NCBI GenBank assembly: GCA_046597055.1
Contig: JBKJLC010000083.1
Coordinates: 13,894-77,893 of the forward strand
Direction: 5' to 3'
Source of the DNA: Kofleriaceae bacterium
GTDB lineage: Bacteria; Myxococcota_A; Polyangia; Haliangiales; Haliangiaceae
DNA: 64,000 nucleotides
Positions within the stretch are counted from its first letter, which is position 1; the number at the start of each line of letters is the position of its first letter. Shown here one piece after another: positions 35,210 to 44,915 of the stretch. The position numbers and the translations under genes are program-made. The notes under the pieces are model-generated. The model was given only the letters and a program-made list of their open reading frames with translations, ran no database searches and was not told the DNA's origin.

Positions 35210-36553
35210 GTGGATCTCTTCCATCAGAGCGCACAGGCCCGGAGGCTCAACCAGCCGCTGGCCGAGCGTATGCGACCGCGATCGCTCGCGGAATTCATCG
35301 GGCAGGAGCACCTGCTCGGCCCCGGCCGCCTGCTCGGGCAACTCGGCCCCGGGCAGAACATTCCGTCGCTTCTGCTCTGGGGACCGCCTGGGACTGGAAA
35401 GACCACCCTTGCTCGGCTGATGGCCGAGGCGCTGCGTGCGCACTTCATCACGCTGTCGGCGGTCCAGGCCGGTGTGAAGGAGGTGCGGGAGGCAGTCGCC
35501 GAGGCGGCCACCCGCCGCGACCAGTACGGACGCAAGACCCTGCTCTTCATCGACGAGATCCACCGCTTCTCGCGCACCCAGCAAGACGCGCTGCTGCCCC
35601 ACGTCGAGGCCGGCACGGTCACGCTGGTCGGGGCAACCACCGAAAATCCGTCGTTCGGCGTGGTCGCGGCGCTGCTTTCCCGATGCCGGGTGGTGCGCCT
35701 CGAGGCCCTGACCGAGGAGGCGCTGGCGCTGATCTTGCGCCGCGCGATCGCCGACCGCGAGCGCGGCCTGGCTGCCATACCGGTCGCGGTGGCCGACCCG
35801 GTGATCGCCGAGATCGCGACCCTGGCCGCCGGCGACGGGCGGCGCGCGCTCGGCGTGCTCGAGGCCGCCGCCTCCCTGGCCCGCGGCATGGGGGGCGTCG
35901 GCGATGGCGTCACCCCCATCGACATCAGCCGTGAGCAGGTGATCGAAGCCGCCCAGACCCGTGCGCTCGCTTACGACAAGGCGGGCGACGAGCACTACTC
36001 CGTCATCAGCGCCTTCATCAAGAGCCTGCGCGGCAGCGATCCGGACGCCGCGGTCTACTGGATGACGCGGATGCTGGAGGCCGGAGAGGACCCGCGCTTC
36101 ATCTTGCGTCGGATCGTCATCTTCGCGTCCGAGGACGTCGGCAACGCGGATCCGCAGGCGCTCGGGGTCGCGGTCGCCGCGCTCAACGCGTTCGAGCTGG
36201 TCGGCCTGCCCGAGGGCGCGCTGTGTCTGACCCAGGCCGTCGTCTACCTGGCCTGTGCGCCGAAATCGAACACCGCGCTGACCGCGTACGGCGCGGCGCG
36301 GCGGCTGGTCCGCGAGCATGGCGCGCTGCCGGTGCCGCCCGCGTTGAAGAACGCCACCAACGCGCTCGCCCGCCAGATGGGCCACGGCCAGGGCTACAAG
36401 TATCCGCACGACTTCGAGGGCGCGTACGTGCCGGCCGACTACCTGCCGGTCGCCCTGGTCGGCCAGCGTATTTACGAGCCGACCACCTCCGGCTACGAAG
36501 CCGAGATCCAGGCGCGGCTCGCGGCCCTCGCGGCCCACCGCAAGCGCGGCTGA
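35210..36553 (+). CDS. rarA: Replication-associated recombination protein A (RarA/MgsA)
   Basis: PLAERMRP, GPPGTGKTT, FIDEIHRF, GATTENP, SAFIKSLRGSD, ASEDVGNAD, GYKYPHD. Confidence 0.95.
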   Translation: MDLFHQSAQARRLNQPLAERMRPRSLAEFIGQEHLLGPGRLLGQLGPGQNIPSLLLWGPPGTGKTTLARLMAEALRAHFITLSAVQAGVKEVREAVAEAATRRDQYGRKTLLFIDEIHRFSRTQQDALLPHVEAGTVTLVGATTENPSFGVVAALLSRCRVVRLEALTEEALALILRRAIADRERGLAAIPVAVADPVIAEIATLAAGDGRRALGVLEAAASLARGMGGVGDGVTPIDISREQVIEAAQTRALAYDKAGDEHYSVISAFIKSLRGSDPDAAVYWMTRMLEAGEDPRFILRRIVIFASEDVGNADPQALGVAVAALNAFELVGLPEGALCLTQAVVYLACAPKSNTALTAYGAARRLVREHGALPVPPALKNATNALARQMGHGQGYKYPHDFEGAYVPADYLPVALVGQRIYEPTTSGYEAEIQARLAALAAHRKRG

Positions 36554-36698
36554 GCAGCGGCAGCGGGCGTCCGCTCGCATGGATCGGATCGGGCACCCGG
36601 GCGGGTCGATCGAAAGCGAGGCCTGTGACGTGAATGCTTCACCGCCTCTGACCCCGCGGAGGTGCCCCGCCGCGCCGTTCCGTGATACTCGTTACGCG

Positions 36699-36965
36699 AT
36701 GTCTGCCGCGCTCGATCCCGCCCATGAGGAGTTGTTCCTGGGCATCGCCTACGCGCTGTTCATGAATCGCCTGCACGTCCTGCGGCTCACCGAGGTGGTC
36801 CGTCATGGAATCCGGCCCAATCCCGAGGACGGGAACATGGAGGTCCCGGAGCCGCTCGACACCGAGCTGAAGCAGCAGGCGGTCGACTACGTGCTGAAGT
36901 GCTTCCCGCAGCACTTCGCCAGGAAGCTGGCCTCGTCGACCGAGACCTGGCTCGCGCTGTCCTGA
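36699..36965 (+). CDS. Small hypothetical protein
   Basis: 88-aa ORF from ATG 36699 with genome-typical codon usage. Confidence 0.65.
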   Translation: MSAALDPAHEELFLGIAYALFMNRLHVLRLTEVVRHGIRPNPEDGNMEVPEPLDTELKQQAVDYVLKCFPQHFARKLASSTETWLALS

Positions 36966-37097
36966 GCGTCGCGCGCGACGCCGGTCGACGGCCGGGGTGC
37001 CATCGGTCGTGATCACCGGGCCGCGCCCCGCGCACGCGATGCGGGTCTGACGGCGGCGCGCACGCGCGGGTGGGCTGCGAGCTGCTAGCCTCGCGCC

Positions 37098-38027
37098 GTG
37101 GTTGTTGTTCGCCTGCTGGTCGTATTCGTCGTCGCGGTCTCTGGGGTCGGCGCCTGCGCGCGTACCGGCCCACCCGATCCCACGATGGCCGCGCTCCACC
37201 GCGATCTCGAGCGGACGGTCTCGGTCGCGGCCGCGGCCGGCTGGAGCATCGACCGACTGGAGATCGACGACGCGCTGCCGGCCGCGCTCGACTCGGTGTG
37301 CCGGGTCGATCCGCTGGCGCGGCGCGCGCTGCTGACCTGGCTCGGCGAGGAGATCCACCGGCGCGGCGGGCCGGTCGAGAAGGCCTTCGCTGCCCGCGGT
37401 CGAAGCCTCGGCCGGGTCACCGAGCTCCTGGTGCTGACCCGCGCGCGCCTGCTGCTGGCCGCCGCCGACGACGCGGCCGGCACCGACTGTCCGTTCTGGC
37501 TCGGGGTCGAGGAGCCGTTCCGCGGTCGCCAGATCAGCGACGACCGCTGGCAGCTCAGCCTCGGCGGGGGTGGCAAGGGGCTGGCGATCCGCCAGGGCGA
37601 GCAGCGCGACCTCTCGTTCGGCGGCGCCGGCCGCCTGCTGATCGGGCGCGCCTTCGGCTCGCGCTCGGCGCTGTTCACCGGCCTCGAGCTCGGCGCCAGC
37701 GCGTCGTTCCCCAAGGACGACCTCGGCCAGCGCGGCGCGCTGCTGATCGCGGTCGACCTGGTGGTGCCGCTGGTCTACCGCCACACGTTCACCAACGCCT
37801 ACGTCGAGGTCTCCGCCGGCTGGCTCGGCCACACCACCGAGGACGACCTCGAGCGGATCGATCAGGGCTTCCACGTCGGCGCGTCGGTCGGCGCGCGCGC
37901 GCTGCGCACCCGCTTCTTCTTCCCCGGGGCCGCGCTCGGCGTGTCGTACGAGCAGACGCTGGTCGACGGCGCCGATCTGTCGATGCTCAAGCTCGGGGCC
38001 CGGGTCGCGTTCGACGCCAACCTGTGA
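37098..38027 (+). CDS. Hypothetical lipoprotein with C-terminal beta-rich domain
   Basis: Signal with VGAC; helical N-terminal half and alternating beta pattern in the C-terminal half. Confidence 0.65.
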   Translation: MVVVRLLVVFVVAVSGVGACARTGPPDPTMAALHRDLERTVSVAAAAGWSIDRLEIDDALPAALDSVCRVDPLARRALLTWLGEEIHRRGGPVEKAFAARGRSLGRVTELLVLTRARLLLAAADDAAGTDCPFWLGVEEPFRGRQISDDRWQLSLGGGGKGLAIRQGEQRDLSFGGAGRLLIGRAFGSRSALFTGLELGASASFPKDDLGQRGALLIAVDLVVPLVYRHTFTNAYVEVSAGWLGHTTEDDLERIDQGFHVGASVGARALRTRFFFPGAALGVSYEQTLVDGADLSMLKLGARVAFDANL

Positions 38028-38051
38028 GACGGCGCGCGTGCCGTCACGTGC

Positions 38052-38675
38052 TCAGGGGGTGGCGCCGAGCATGCCCCGACGCTCGATGAAGTCGACGATC
38101 GCCGCGACCCCGGCGCCGTCCTTGATGCACGTGAACACGAACGGGCGGTCGCCGCGCATGCGGCGGCTGTCGCGGTCCATGACCTCGAGCGAGGCCCCGA
38201 CGTGGGGCGCCAGGTCGGTCTTGTTGATCACCAGCAGGTCGGACCGGGTGATGCCGGGGCCGCCCTTGCGCGGAATCTTGTCGCCGGCGGCGACGTCGAT
38301 CACGTACAGGGTGAGGTCCGACAGCTCGGGGCTGAAGGTCGCCGCCAGGTTGTCGCCGCCGCTCTCGATGATCACGAGCTCGAGCTCGGGGAAGCGTCGG
38401 ACCAGCTCGTCGATCGCGCCCAGGTTGATCGACGCGTCCTCGCGGATCGCGGTGTGCGGGCAGCCCCCGGTCTCGACGCCGACGATGCGATCGGCCGGGA
38501 GCGCCTCGCTGCGCAGCAAGAACTCGGCGTCCTCGCGCGTGTAGATGTCGTTGGTGACGACCGCCATCTGGTAGCGATCGCGCAGCGCCTTGCACAGCGC
38601 GTCGACGAGGGCGGTCTTGCCGGAGCCGACGGGGCCGCCGACGCCGACACGGAGGAGGTGGTGGTCGTGGGTCAT
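38052..38675 (-). CDS. ureG: Urease accessory GTPase UreG
   Basis: [44 protein letters not shown]. Confidence 0.95.
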   Translation of the reverse strand: MTHDHHLLRVGVGGPVGSGKTALVDALCKALRDRYQMAVVTNDIYTREDAEFLLRSEALPADRIVGVETGGCPHTAIREDASINLGAIDELVRRFPELELVIIESGGDNLAATFSPELSDLTLYVIDVAAGDKIPRKGGPGITRSDLLVINKTDLAPHVGASLEVMDRDSRRMRGDRPFVFTCIKDGAGVAAIVDFIERRGMLGATP

Positions 38676-38689
38676 CAGTGGGTCTCCCG

Positions 38690-39241
38690 TCAGGAACGAA
38701 ACAGCCGGACCTCGTCGGTCTCGTGCCAGGCGGCGGCGATCGCCGCGCCCGGCGCACACGCCCCGAGATCGTCATCGGTGGTGGCGCGCGCGGTGGCGAC
38801 GATCGCCAAGATCGCCGCGCCCAGCGCGGCGAGCAGGCGCTGGCCGGCGGTCTGGCCGAGCGGCACCAGCTTCACCGCGACCGCGACCTGGGCCTCGCAC
38901 CAGGCCCACGCGTAGGAGAGCAGCCGAGCCAGGGCGTGTCCGAGCCAGCGATCGGCGGCGCGCGCCTCGGCGCTGTCGCGCATCGCCCGCAGGCGTGCGG
39001 CCCAGCCGTCGAACGCCGGGCCGTCGTCGGTCGTCGCGCGCAGCCGCGCGAGCACCGCGAGGTCGGTGGTGGCCAGGCAGCCGCGCAGCCGGCCGCCGAT
39101 CCAGCCCTCGGCGCCAGCGGCATCCGCGACCCAGCCGCGCAGGATCGCGGTCTCCAGGCCGTCGGAGTACGCATACGCGCCGATCGGCAAGGCCGGGCTC
39201 ACCAGCTGCAGGAGCCGCATCAGTCCGAGGTCGACGTTCAT
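38690..39241 (-). CDS. ureF: Urease accessory protein UreF, apparently internally shortened
   Basis: [43 protein letters not shown]; 183 aa, with ALARLL joined almost directly to YAWAW. Confidence 0.85.
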   Translation of the reverse strand: MNVDLGLMRLLQLVSPALPIGAYAYSDGLETAILRGWVADAAGAEGWIGGRLRGCLATTDLAVLARLRATTDDGPAFDGWAARLRAMRDSAEARAADRWLGHALARLLSYAWAWCEAQVAVAVKLVPLGQTAGQRLLAALGAAILAIVATARATTDDDLGACAPGAAIAAAWHETDEVRLFRS

Positions 39242-39303
39242 GTCGGCTCGTCCGGCTCGGGGTCGGGGTCGGGGTCGTGGTCGTGGTCGGGGTCGGGGTC
39301 GGC
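39238..39303 (-). pseudogene. Probable remnant of a ureE His/Asp-rich tail
   Basis: Reads [24 protein letters not shown] with ATGA overlap on the ureF start; an in-frame stop at 39319-39321 lies just upstream. Confidence 0.45.
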
Positions 39304-39310
39304 TACGCGA

Positions 39311-39331
39311 GCCCTGGCTCAGGGCCACCGG
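39311..39331. repeat. Dispersed 21-mer GCCCTGGCTCAGGGCCACCGG (second copy at 44779-44799)
   Basis: 20 of 21 nt identical to 44779-44799. Confidence 0.7.
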
Positions 39332-40006
39332 AACCTGATCTCGATCTCCGTCAGGGGCGCCGTGGTCGAGGTGCGGCCCGGCTTTTCCAGCGTCGAGCCC
39401 GACGTCGCCGTTGCGGTCATGGCGGCGTCGTCGTCGCGGTCACGGAGGCGTCGTCGTCGCGGTCTCGCCGAGCGACAGCACAGGTCGTCCCGACCTGTCC
39501 GGTGGGTTTCGCGCAGCGCTTACAGAAAATCATCGAAGTGGCGTGCGGCCTCCAGGCGTGAATCGTCCCGTCGCACTTTGCGACCGCGCCCGATCGCCCG
39601 ATCGCACAGCACCACCTGCTCACGGGGCGGGTGCGCCCGGTCTGAGCGGGAGGGCTCGTACGCACTGCCGACTCCTGAAAGTGCGCCGTGTGCGGATGTA
39701 GGTGCGTGCTCGCAGCGTCGCTGTGGGGAGGTGTAGCGACGCGTCCGCGGCGCGCGCGTTCCGGTGGCTCCACGATGTGCCGACATGTCCGCCAATCCCG
39801 CAGCGCAGCGGGCTCGCTCTTGCAGCAGTCGGAAATCGCGAGAGTTCACGGGACAGTCTGGTGGGTCGATCTCGATCACCCCGTGCCGTCGGTGTCACGC
39901 CAGGCGTGGCACGCGTCGTCGCCCCGGCTCTCGCTTGTCGCGGCATTGGCTTTCAATGACCGAGATTGACAATCCGACTCAGGTCACCATTTTCGGAAGG
40001 AACATC

Positions 40007-40834
40007 TTGATCTTCAACTCGAAACTCGATCTCGTCGGCGTCGGCATCGCCGCCCTCCTGCTCTCGCTCACCACCGGCTGCGGCGACAGCATGAGAGCGG
40101 CCGATGGCGTCTATGGCGTCGATGGCGGGGCCGGCGAGGGCGTCAGCGAGGCGCTCAAGGCCGCGTGGCTGCCGGTGAACCTCGGGTCCGCCGGTGACTT
40201 CGTGATCCTCGCCAAGAGCGGCGTCTCGACGGTTCCGCCGGCGGTCATCACGGGCGACCTCGGCGTCAGCCCGATCGCGGCCACCGCCATCACCGGCTTC
40301 TCGCTGACCGCCGACGCCACCAACATCTTCGCGACCTCGCCCCAGGTGACCGGGAGGGTGTACGCGGCCAGCTATGCGTCGCCCACGCCGTCGCGGTTGA
40401 CGACCGCGATCGGCGACATGGAGCGCGCCTTCACCGACGCGGCCGGGCGCGCGCCGGGCGTCACCGAGCTCGGCGCCGGTAACATCGGCGGAAAGACGCT
40501 CCTGCCGGGCGTCTACAAGTGGAGCACCGGCGTCCTGATCCCCGCCAGCGTCACGCTCCGGGGCAGCTCGACGGACGTCTGGATCTTCCAGATCGCCCAG
40601 AACCTGGCCATGAGCAGCGGGACCCAGATCGTGCTGGCGGATGGGGCACGAGCCGAGAACATCGTGTGGCAGGTCAGCGGTGGGGTGACGCTCGGGACGA
40701 CCGCGCACCTCGAGGGCGTCGTGCTGGCCAAGACCGCCATCACGCTGCAGTCGGCCGCGTCGGTCCGTGGCCGACTCCTGTCGCAGACCGCCGTCACGCT
40801 CATCAAGAACACGGTCGCCAAGCCCGGCGCGTGA
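40007..40834 (+). CDS. Ice-binding-like (DUF3494) lipoprotein
   Basis: TTG at 40007 after GGAAGG (alternative ATG at 39956); LTTGC lipobox; VNLGSAGDFVILAKSGVS, ITGDLGVSP, PGVYKW, VWIFQI, GRLLSQTAVTL. Confidence 0.9.
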   Translation: MIFNSKLDLVGVGIAALLLSLTTGCGDSMRAADGVYGVDGGAGEGVSEALKAAWLPVNLGSAGDFVILAKSGVSTVPPAVITGDLGVSPIAATAITGFSLTADATNIFATSPQVTGRVYAASYASPTPSRLTTAIGDMERAFTDAAGRAPGVTELGAGNIGGKTLLPGVYKWSTGVLIPASVTLRGSSTDVWIFQIAQNLAMSSGTQIVLADGARAENIVWQVSGGVTLGTTAHLEGVVLAKTAITLQSAASVRGRLLSQTAVTLIKNTVAKPGA

Positions 40835-40889
40835 CCGAAGCCGGGCCGCGAGCCCGGGCGACTCCTGGAACCCCGAGCCGGTGGCGGGC

Positions 40890-41032
40890 GTGATCGGGCA
40901 CGGGGTGCCGATTTGCGTGGCGCTCGAGCCGGTGGACCTGCGGCTGGGGGCGCAGCGTTGGGGCCTCGGGCGCGAGCGCATGCAGGTGGAGCCGCGGTCG
41001 CGGGCGTTGTTTGTGTTCGTCGGCAAGCGGGC
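40890..41032 (+). pseudogene. IS66 family accessory protein TnpB N-terminal fragment
   Basis: VIGHGVPICVALEPVDLRLG..RERMQVEPRSRALFVFVGKR, truncated; no tnpA or tnpC. Confidence 0.7.
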
Positions 41033-41042
41033 ACCAGCATGG

Positions 41043-41818
41043 CGGCTCCGGCTGGAGTGGGCGGCAGCGCGCTGATGCTGCGGCCGGATGCCGACGTGCT
41101 GACGGTTGCGCTCGATAGCGGCTTCCAGTCGGCCAGCTCGTTCGCGCGGGCCTTCGAGGACCACTTCGGCATGACCGCCACCCAGTGGCGCGCTGGCGGG
41201 GCGGCGGCGTGGAGCAAGGATCGGCGAGCGGTTCGCAAGCCGGGTCAAGCGGACCGCAAGGACTGCAACGCCCCGGCCGATGGCCTCGCGCATTCTCCGT
41301 CGGGAGAGGCGCTCGACGCCTCGCCACCCACGGAGAACCTCATGAACGCGACCGTGAAGACCCTGCCGAGTTACCGACTGGCCTACATGCGATACACCGG
41401 CCCCTATGGCGCCAACAGCGGCATCCCGCAGCTGTGGATGCGGCTGCAGCGCTGGGCGATACCGCGCGACCTGTGGACCGCCGACCGCCTGTGCATGGGC
41501 ATCGCCTACGATCACCCCGCGGTGACCGATCCGGCGAAGTGCCGCTACGACGCCGGCATCGTCGTCCCGCCCGGGCTCGAGCTCGATGCGCAGGTGAACG
41601 TCCTCGACTTTTCCGGCGGCAAGTTCTGCGTGGCACCGTTCGAGGGCACCGCGCGCGACATCGCCGACAGCTGGGGCCGCGTGTTCAGCGAATGGATGCC
41701 GCGAAGTGGCTATCAGCCGACCGACGGTCCCTGCGTCGAGCTGTATCGCGGCGACGCCTTCGACGAAACGACCGGCGTGGTGCGGTGCGACCTGGGCACG
41801 CCGGTCAAGCCGCTGTAG
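41043..41818 (+). pseudogene. 5'-truncated, frameshifted AraC-GyrI regulator; the GyrI-like domain 41342..41818 is intact
   Basis: RLRLEWAA in one frame, VALDSGFQSASSFARAFEDHFGMT in another; first HTH absent; AYMRYTGPYG, CRYDAG, WMPRSGYQP. Confidence 0.75.
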
Positions 41819-41835
41819 CCGCGACGCACGGCCGT

Positions 41836-42186
41836 TCAGCGGGCCGCGACCTGGTCCGGCGTCCGGCGCGCCGATGCCCCGGCCCGCGACTGCCCGATCC
41901 ACTCCCACGCGCAGGCGGTGCCGCGCTCGGGTCGCAGGCTGACCGCGACGCTGAGCTCGGCGCACTCGTGATCGAAGATCAGCAGCGTCTCGACGTCCTC
42001 GACCACCCCGGCGACCAGGCGCAGGAACCCCTCGACGCCCGCGCGCAGCCCGGCGTCGTCGAAGCGCTCGGCCAGCTCCACCTGCGTGACCGAGGTCCAG
42101 AGCGCCCGCGACCGGGCCCGGGCCAGCCGCCAGCGGCTACCCCGCAGCAAGGGGTGACAGTGGATGGAGGGGGGCGTCATCGTCAT
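41836..42186 (-). CDS. Possible small hypothetical protein
   Basis: The 3' part of the ORF has protein-like composition (GVEGFLRLVAGVVEDVETLLIFD); start uncertain. Confidence 0.35.
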   Translation of the reverse strand: MTMTPPSIHCHPLLRGSRWRLARARSRALWTSVTQVELAERFDDAGLRAGVEGFLRLVAGVVEDVETLLIFDHECAELSVAVSLRPERGTACAWEWIGQSRAGASARRTPDQVAAR

Positions 42187-42281
42187 CGCGTCCACCATCG
42201 CAGCCGTGCATGGACGCCAGGACTGGCTCCGGCAACCGCTGGGGAACGTTTGCGTGGCGGCGCGAACCGCCGTTCCCGCGG

Positions 42282-42671
42282 TCACGCCAGCGTGGTGCCC
42301 AGCCAGCCGGCGACCCCCAGCGGCAGGAACGCGATCCACTGGCCCAGCTGGATCAGCGCGCGCGGTCGCTTCGACGCCAGCGCGACCGCCACGAACAGCC
42401 CGGCGTACGCGAGGTACAGCGTGGCGACCGCGCGCACGAGGGTGTCGGTGCCAGCCGAGGGTGCCAGGCCGGTGGCGACCAGGGCGAGCCCGGCCAGCCC
42501 CAGCTGGGCGCTGACGCCATGCCACACGACATGCATGGTGTCGCGGGCGACCGCGTCGAAGTGGGCCGCGAGCATGGGCCGGGCGACCGCACGGCCACCG
42601 CCGATGACGTGGACGACCGTGAGCCAGAGCGAGGCGGTGCCGAGAACGAGGGCGGTGACATGGACGGACAT
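42282..42671 (-). CDS. Small four-TM membrane protein, divergent from TetR
   Basis: Four hydrophobic segments; GGAG RBS upstream. Confidence 0.75.
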   Translation of the reverse strand: MSVHVTALVLGTASLWLTVVHVIGGGRAVARPMLAAHFDAVARDTMHVVWHGVSAQLGLAGLALVATGLAPSAGTDTLVRAVATLYLAYAGLFVAVALASKRPRALIQLGQWIAFLPLGVAGWLGTTLA

Positions 42672-42685
42672 GGGATGACTCCTTC

Positions 42686-42707
42686 CACCATACGATGGCG
42701 TATGGTG
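42686..42707. promoter_or_regulatory. TetR operator 1
   Basis: Inverted repeat CACCATACG-ATGG-CGTATGGTG. Confidence 0.8.
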
Positions 42708-42747
42708 ACGAATTCGTCTCGCCCGATCGTGCTGGCGACCGCGAAAA

Positions 42748-42765
42748 ACATACGGTACCGTATGT
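42748..42765. promoter_or_regulatory. TetR operator 2
   Basis: Perfect palindrome ACATACGGTACCGTATGT just before the tetR ATG. Confidence 0.8.
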
Positions 42766-42766
42766 C

Positions 42767-43324
42767 ATGGCGCGCGCCGCTGGCCCCCGGGCACCCCTCG
42801 ACTGGATCCAGGCGGCGGTCGCGGCGCTGGGCCGCGAGGGGATCAAGGGCGTCCGGGTCGAGGCGCTGGCCCGCCGGCTGGGGGTGACCAAGGGCAGCTT
42901 CTACTGGCACTTCACCGACCAGCGCGCGCTGCTGGACGCGGTCCTGGCGCACTGGGCCGAGCTCGGCACCCGCGGCATCATCGAGCAGGTCGAGGCCGGC
43001 GGCGGCTCGGCGGCGGACCGGCTGCGCCGGCTGTGGCAAGTGGTCAGCGGACCCGACCTCGGGCCCGAGCTGGCCCTCCGCGACTGGGCGCGCAACGATC
43101 GGCGGGCCGCGGCCGCGGTGGCCCAGGTCGACAGCGAGCGCGTCGCGTACCTCCGGCGGTTGTTCCGCGAGCTGGGCTGCGCGCGCCGCGAGGCCGAGGC
43201 GCGGTCGCTGCTCCTCTACTCGCTCCTGGTCGGCGCCTATTTCATCCGGGCCGACCACGCCGGACGTACGCCAGCCTCGGTCGCCACCGATGCGGTCGAC
43301 CTGCTGGTCACTCCGACCGGGTAG
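42767..43324 (+). CDS. TetR/AcrR family regulator
   Basis: GVRVEALARRLGVTKGSFYWHF. Confidence 0.92.
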   Translation: MARAAGPRAPLDWIQAAVAALGREGIKGVRVEALARRLGVTKGSFYWHFTDQRALLDAVLAHWAELGTRGIIEQVEAGGGSAADRLRRLWQVVSGPDLGPELALRDWARNDRRAAAAVAQVDSERVAYLRRLFRELGCARREAEARSLLLYSLLVGAYFIRADHAGRTPASVATDAVDLLVTPTG

Positions 43325-43328
43325 CCGG

Positions 43329-44288
43329 TCAGGCGCCGAGCGTGCGGCGGGCGAGGTCGAGCGCGCGCGGGCCCAGCGTCGAGCCGCGCCAGGCGAGGGC
43401 GCGGGTGACGACCAGCGCCTTGTCGGCCGAGCTCAGCCGCGGCCGGCCGGCGAACAGGTCGGCGCCGGCCGACTCGATCTTGTCGAGGATCCGGGTGCCG
43501 CCGTGCCACATGAGCGCCAGCTCGACCGAGAGGTCGGCCGAGACCACCTCGACCAGCGGGCGAGCGCGCTCGAACAGGGCGCGGGTGCGTGCGACCAGGT
43601 AGCGGACCAGGTGGCCGATCTGCGGGCTGGCGCGGCGTGCGGCGATGTCGGCCTCGGTGACGCCGAAGTGGCGGAGGTCCTCGGCCGGCACGTAGACCCG
43701 ACCGCGCGCGAGGTCGGCGGGCATGTCCTGGACCAGACGAGCGATCGCGAGCCCACTCGACAGATCGTCGGAGAACGCGTGCAGGTGGGGCGCGCGATAG
43801 CCGCCGATGTAGAGCAGCAGGTGGCCCACCGGCTCGGCGGCCTGGCGGGTGTAGCCGAGCAGCTCGCTCCAGGTCGCGTAGCGGTGGACGTCGAGGTCGG
43901 TCCGGAAGCCGGACAGGAGCTGGGTGAACTCGGTGATCGGCAGCGAGAACTTGGCGACGGTGTCGGCCAGCGCGATGAACACCGGGTGCTCGGGCGGGCG
44001 GCCGTAGTAGGTCGCGTGGAGGTCGGCCTCCCAGCGGTCGAGCTCGCGGGTCCGGCGGCCCTCGTAGGCGGCCTCGTCGGCGAAGTCGTCGGCCGCGCGC
44101 GCGAACGCGAACATCGCCCAGATGTGCTTGCGCAGCTGCGAGCGGGCGAAGATCGACGCCACCGGGAAGTTCTGGTGGTGGGCGTGGCAGAGCGCCTCGC
44201 AGTAGCGATAGCAGGCCTCGAGCTCGAGGCTGGGCGGCAGGGGTACGGCCTGAGCCGGAGCCCGTCGGTCACCGATGCGATGGATCAC
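43329..44288 (-). CDS. hpnC: Squalene/phytoene synthase family, HpnC-like
   Basis: AHHQNFPVAS, FARAADDFADE, AEPVGHLLL, DLARGRVYVP, RPRLS. Confidence 0.8.
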   Translation of the reverse strand: MIHRIGDRRAPAQAVPLPPSLELEACYRYCEALCHAHHQNFPVASIFARSQLRKHIWAMFAFARAADDFADEAAYEGRRTRELDRWEADLHATYYGRPPEHPVFIALADTVAKFSLPITEFTQLLSGFRTDLDVHRYATWSELLGYTRQAAEPVGHLLLYIGGYRAPHLHAFSDDLSSGLAIARLVQDMPADLARGRVYVPAEDLRHFGVTEADIAARRASPQIGHLVRYLVARTRALFERARPLVEVVSADLSVELALMWHGGTRILDKIESAGADLFAGRPRLSSADKALVVTRALAWRGSTLGPRALDLARRTLGA

Positions 44289-44469
44289 GTGCAGTCCTCG
44301 AGAATGGTGGCGCCAGCATAGCTCGCGCGGGGCAGAGCGACCGAGCGAAAGTGGCGTCCGGTCGGCCGGAGGGCCACGGGCGGGGTTCGCGGGTGGCCAG
44401 AAGCGACCTCAGGGGGTTGATGGAACAACCGGGAGCGGGGTTACAGCCGGCCCCGCCGTTCGCCCCGAG

Positions 44470-44915
44470 GCGCGGGCGCTCGTGTTGAGCCCGGTGCCGG
44501 TGCCGACGCGGATGCCGCTGCGGGCGTGGGTGCCGCTGCCGCTGCGGTTGCGGTTGCGGTTGCCGCTGCCGCTGCCGCTGCTGATGCCGATGCCGCTGCT
44601 GATGCCGATGCCGATGCTCCTGCCGGTGCCGCGGCCGGTGTCCGCGGCGAATGCGGATGCCGCCGCTGCGGGTGGTTTCGCTCAGGATGCTCGGGGGGGG
44701 GCCTACTGCGAACGCAGGCGCGCGAGGTGCAGCATGTGACTTCGACACTGCCCTTCGACGGCGGGCTCGCTTGCGCTCGCCCTGGCTCAGGGACACCGGG
44801 AAAGGTGGAGCTCTTCGCTCGCTCGGCGGGGCACCGGCAGCCGAGCGGCTCCGCGCAGGGGCAGGGGCAGCGGCACCCGCAGCGGCACCCGCAGCGGCAG
44901 CGGCAGCGGCGGCGG
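44470..44915. repeat. Intergenic degenerate hexamer tracts surrounding REP-like palindromes
   Basis: GCCGCT/GCCGAT/GCGGTT runs at 44470-44670 and GGCAGC runs at 44860-44915; CCCTTCGAC..GCTCAGGG at 44751-44792. Confidence 0.65.

Noticed and set aside
36642..36652. 11-mer matching the 9927 motif on the opposite strand
   Set aside because: No TA-N3-T at the right spacing and it points into the end of rarA; likely chance
39424..39464. 18-nt direct repeat GGCGTCGTCGTCGCGGTC
   Set aside because: Only two low-complexity copies with a 5-nt gap; not a CRISPR array or a supportable att site
39907..39922. TGGCACG as a sigma54 promoter for the ice-binding gene
   Set aside because: The GC is one base off the required GG-N10-GC spacing and TTGC is absent
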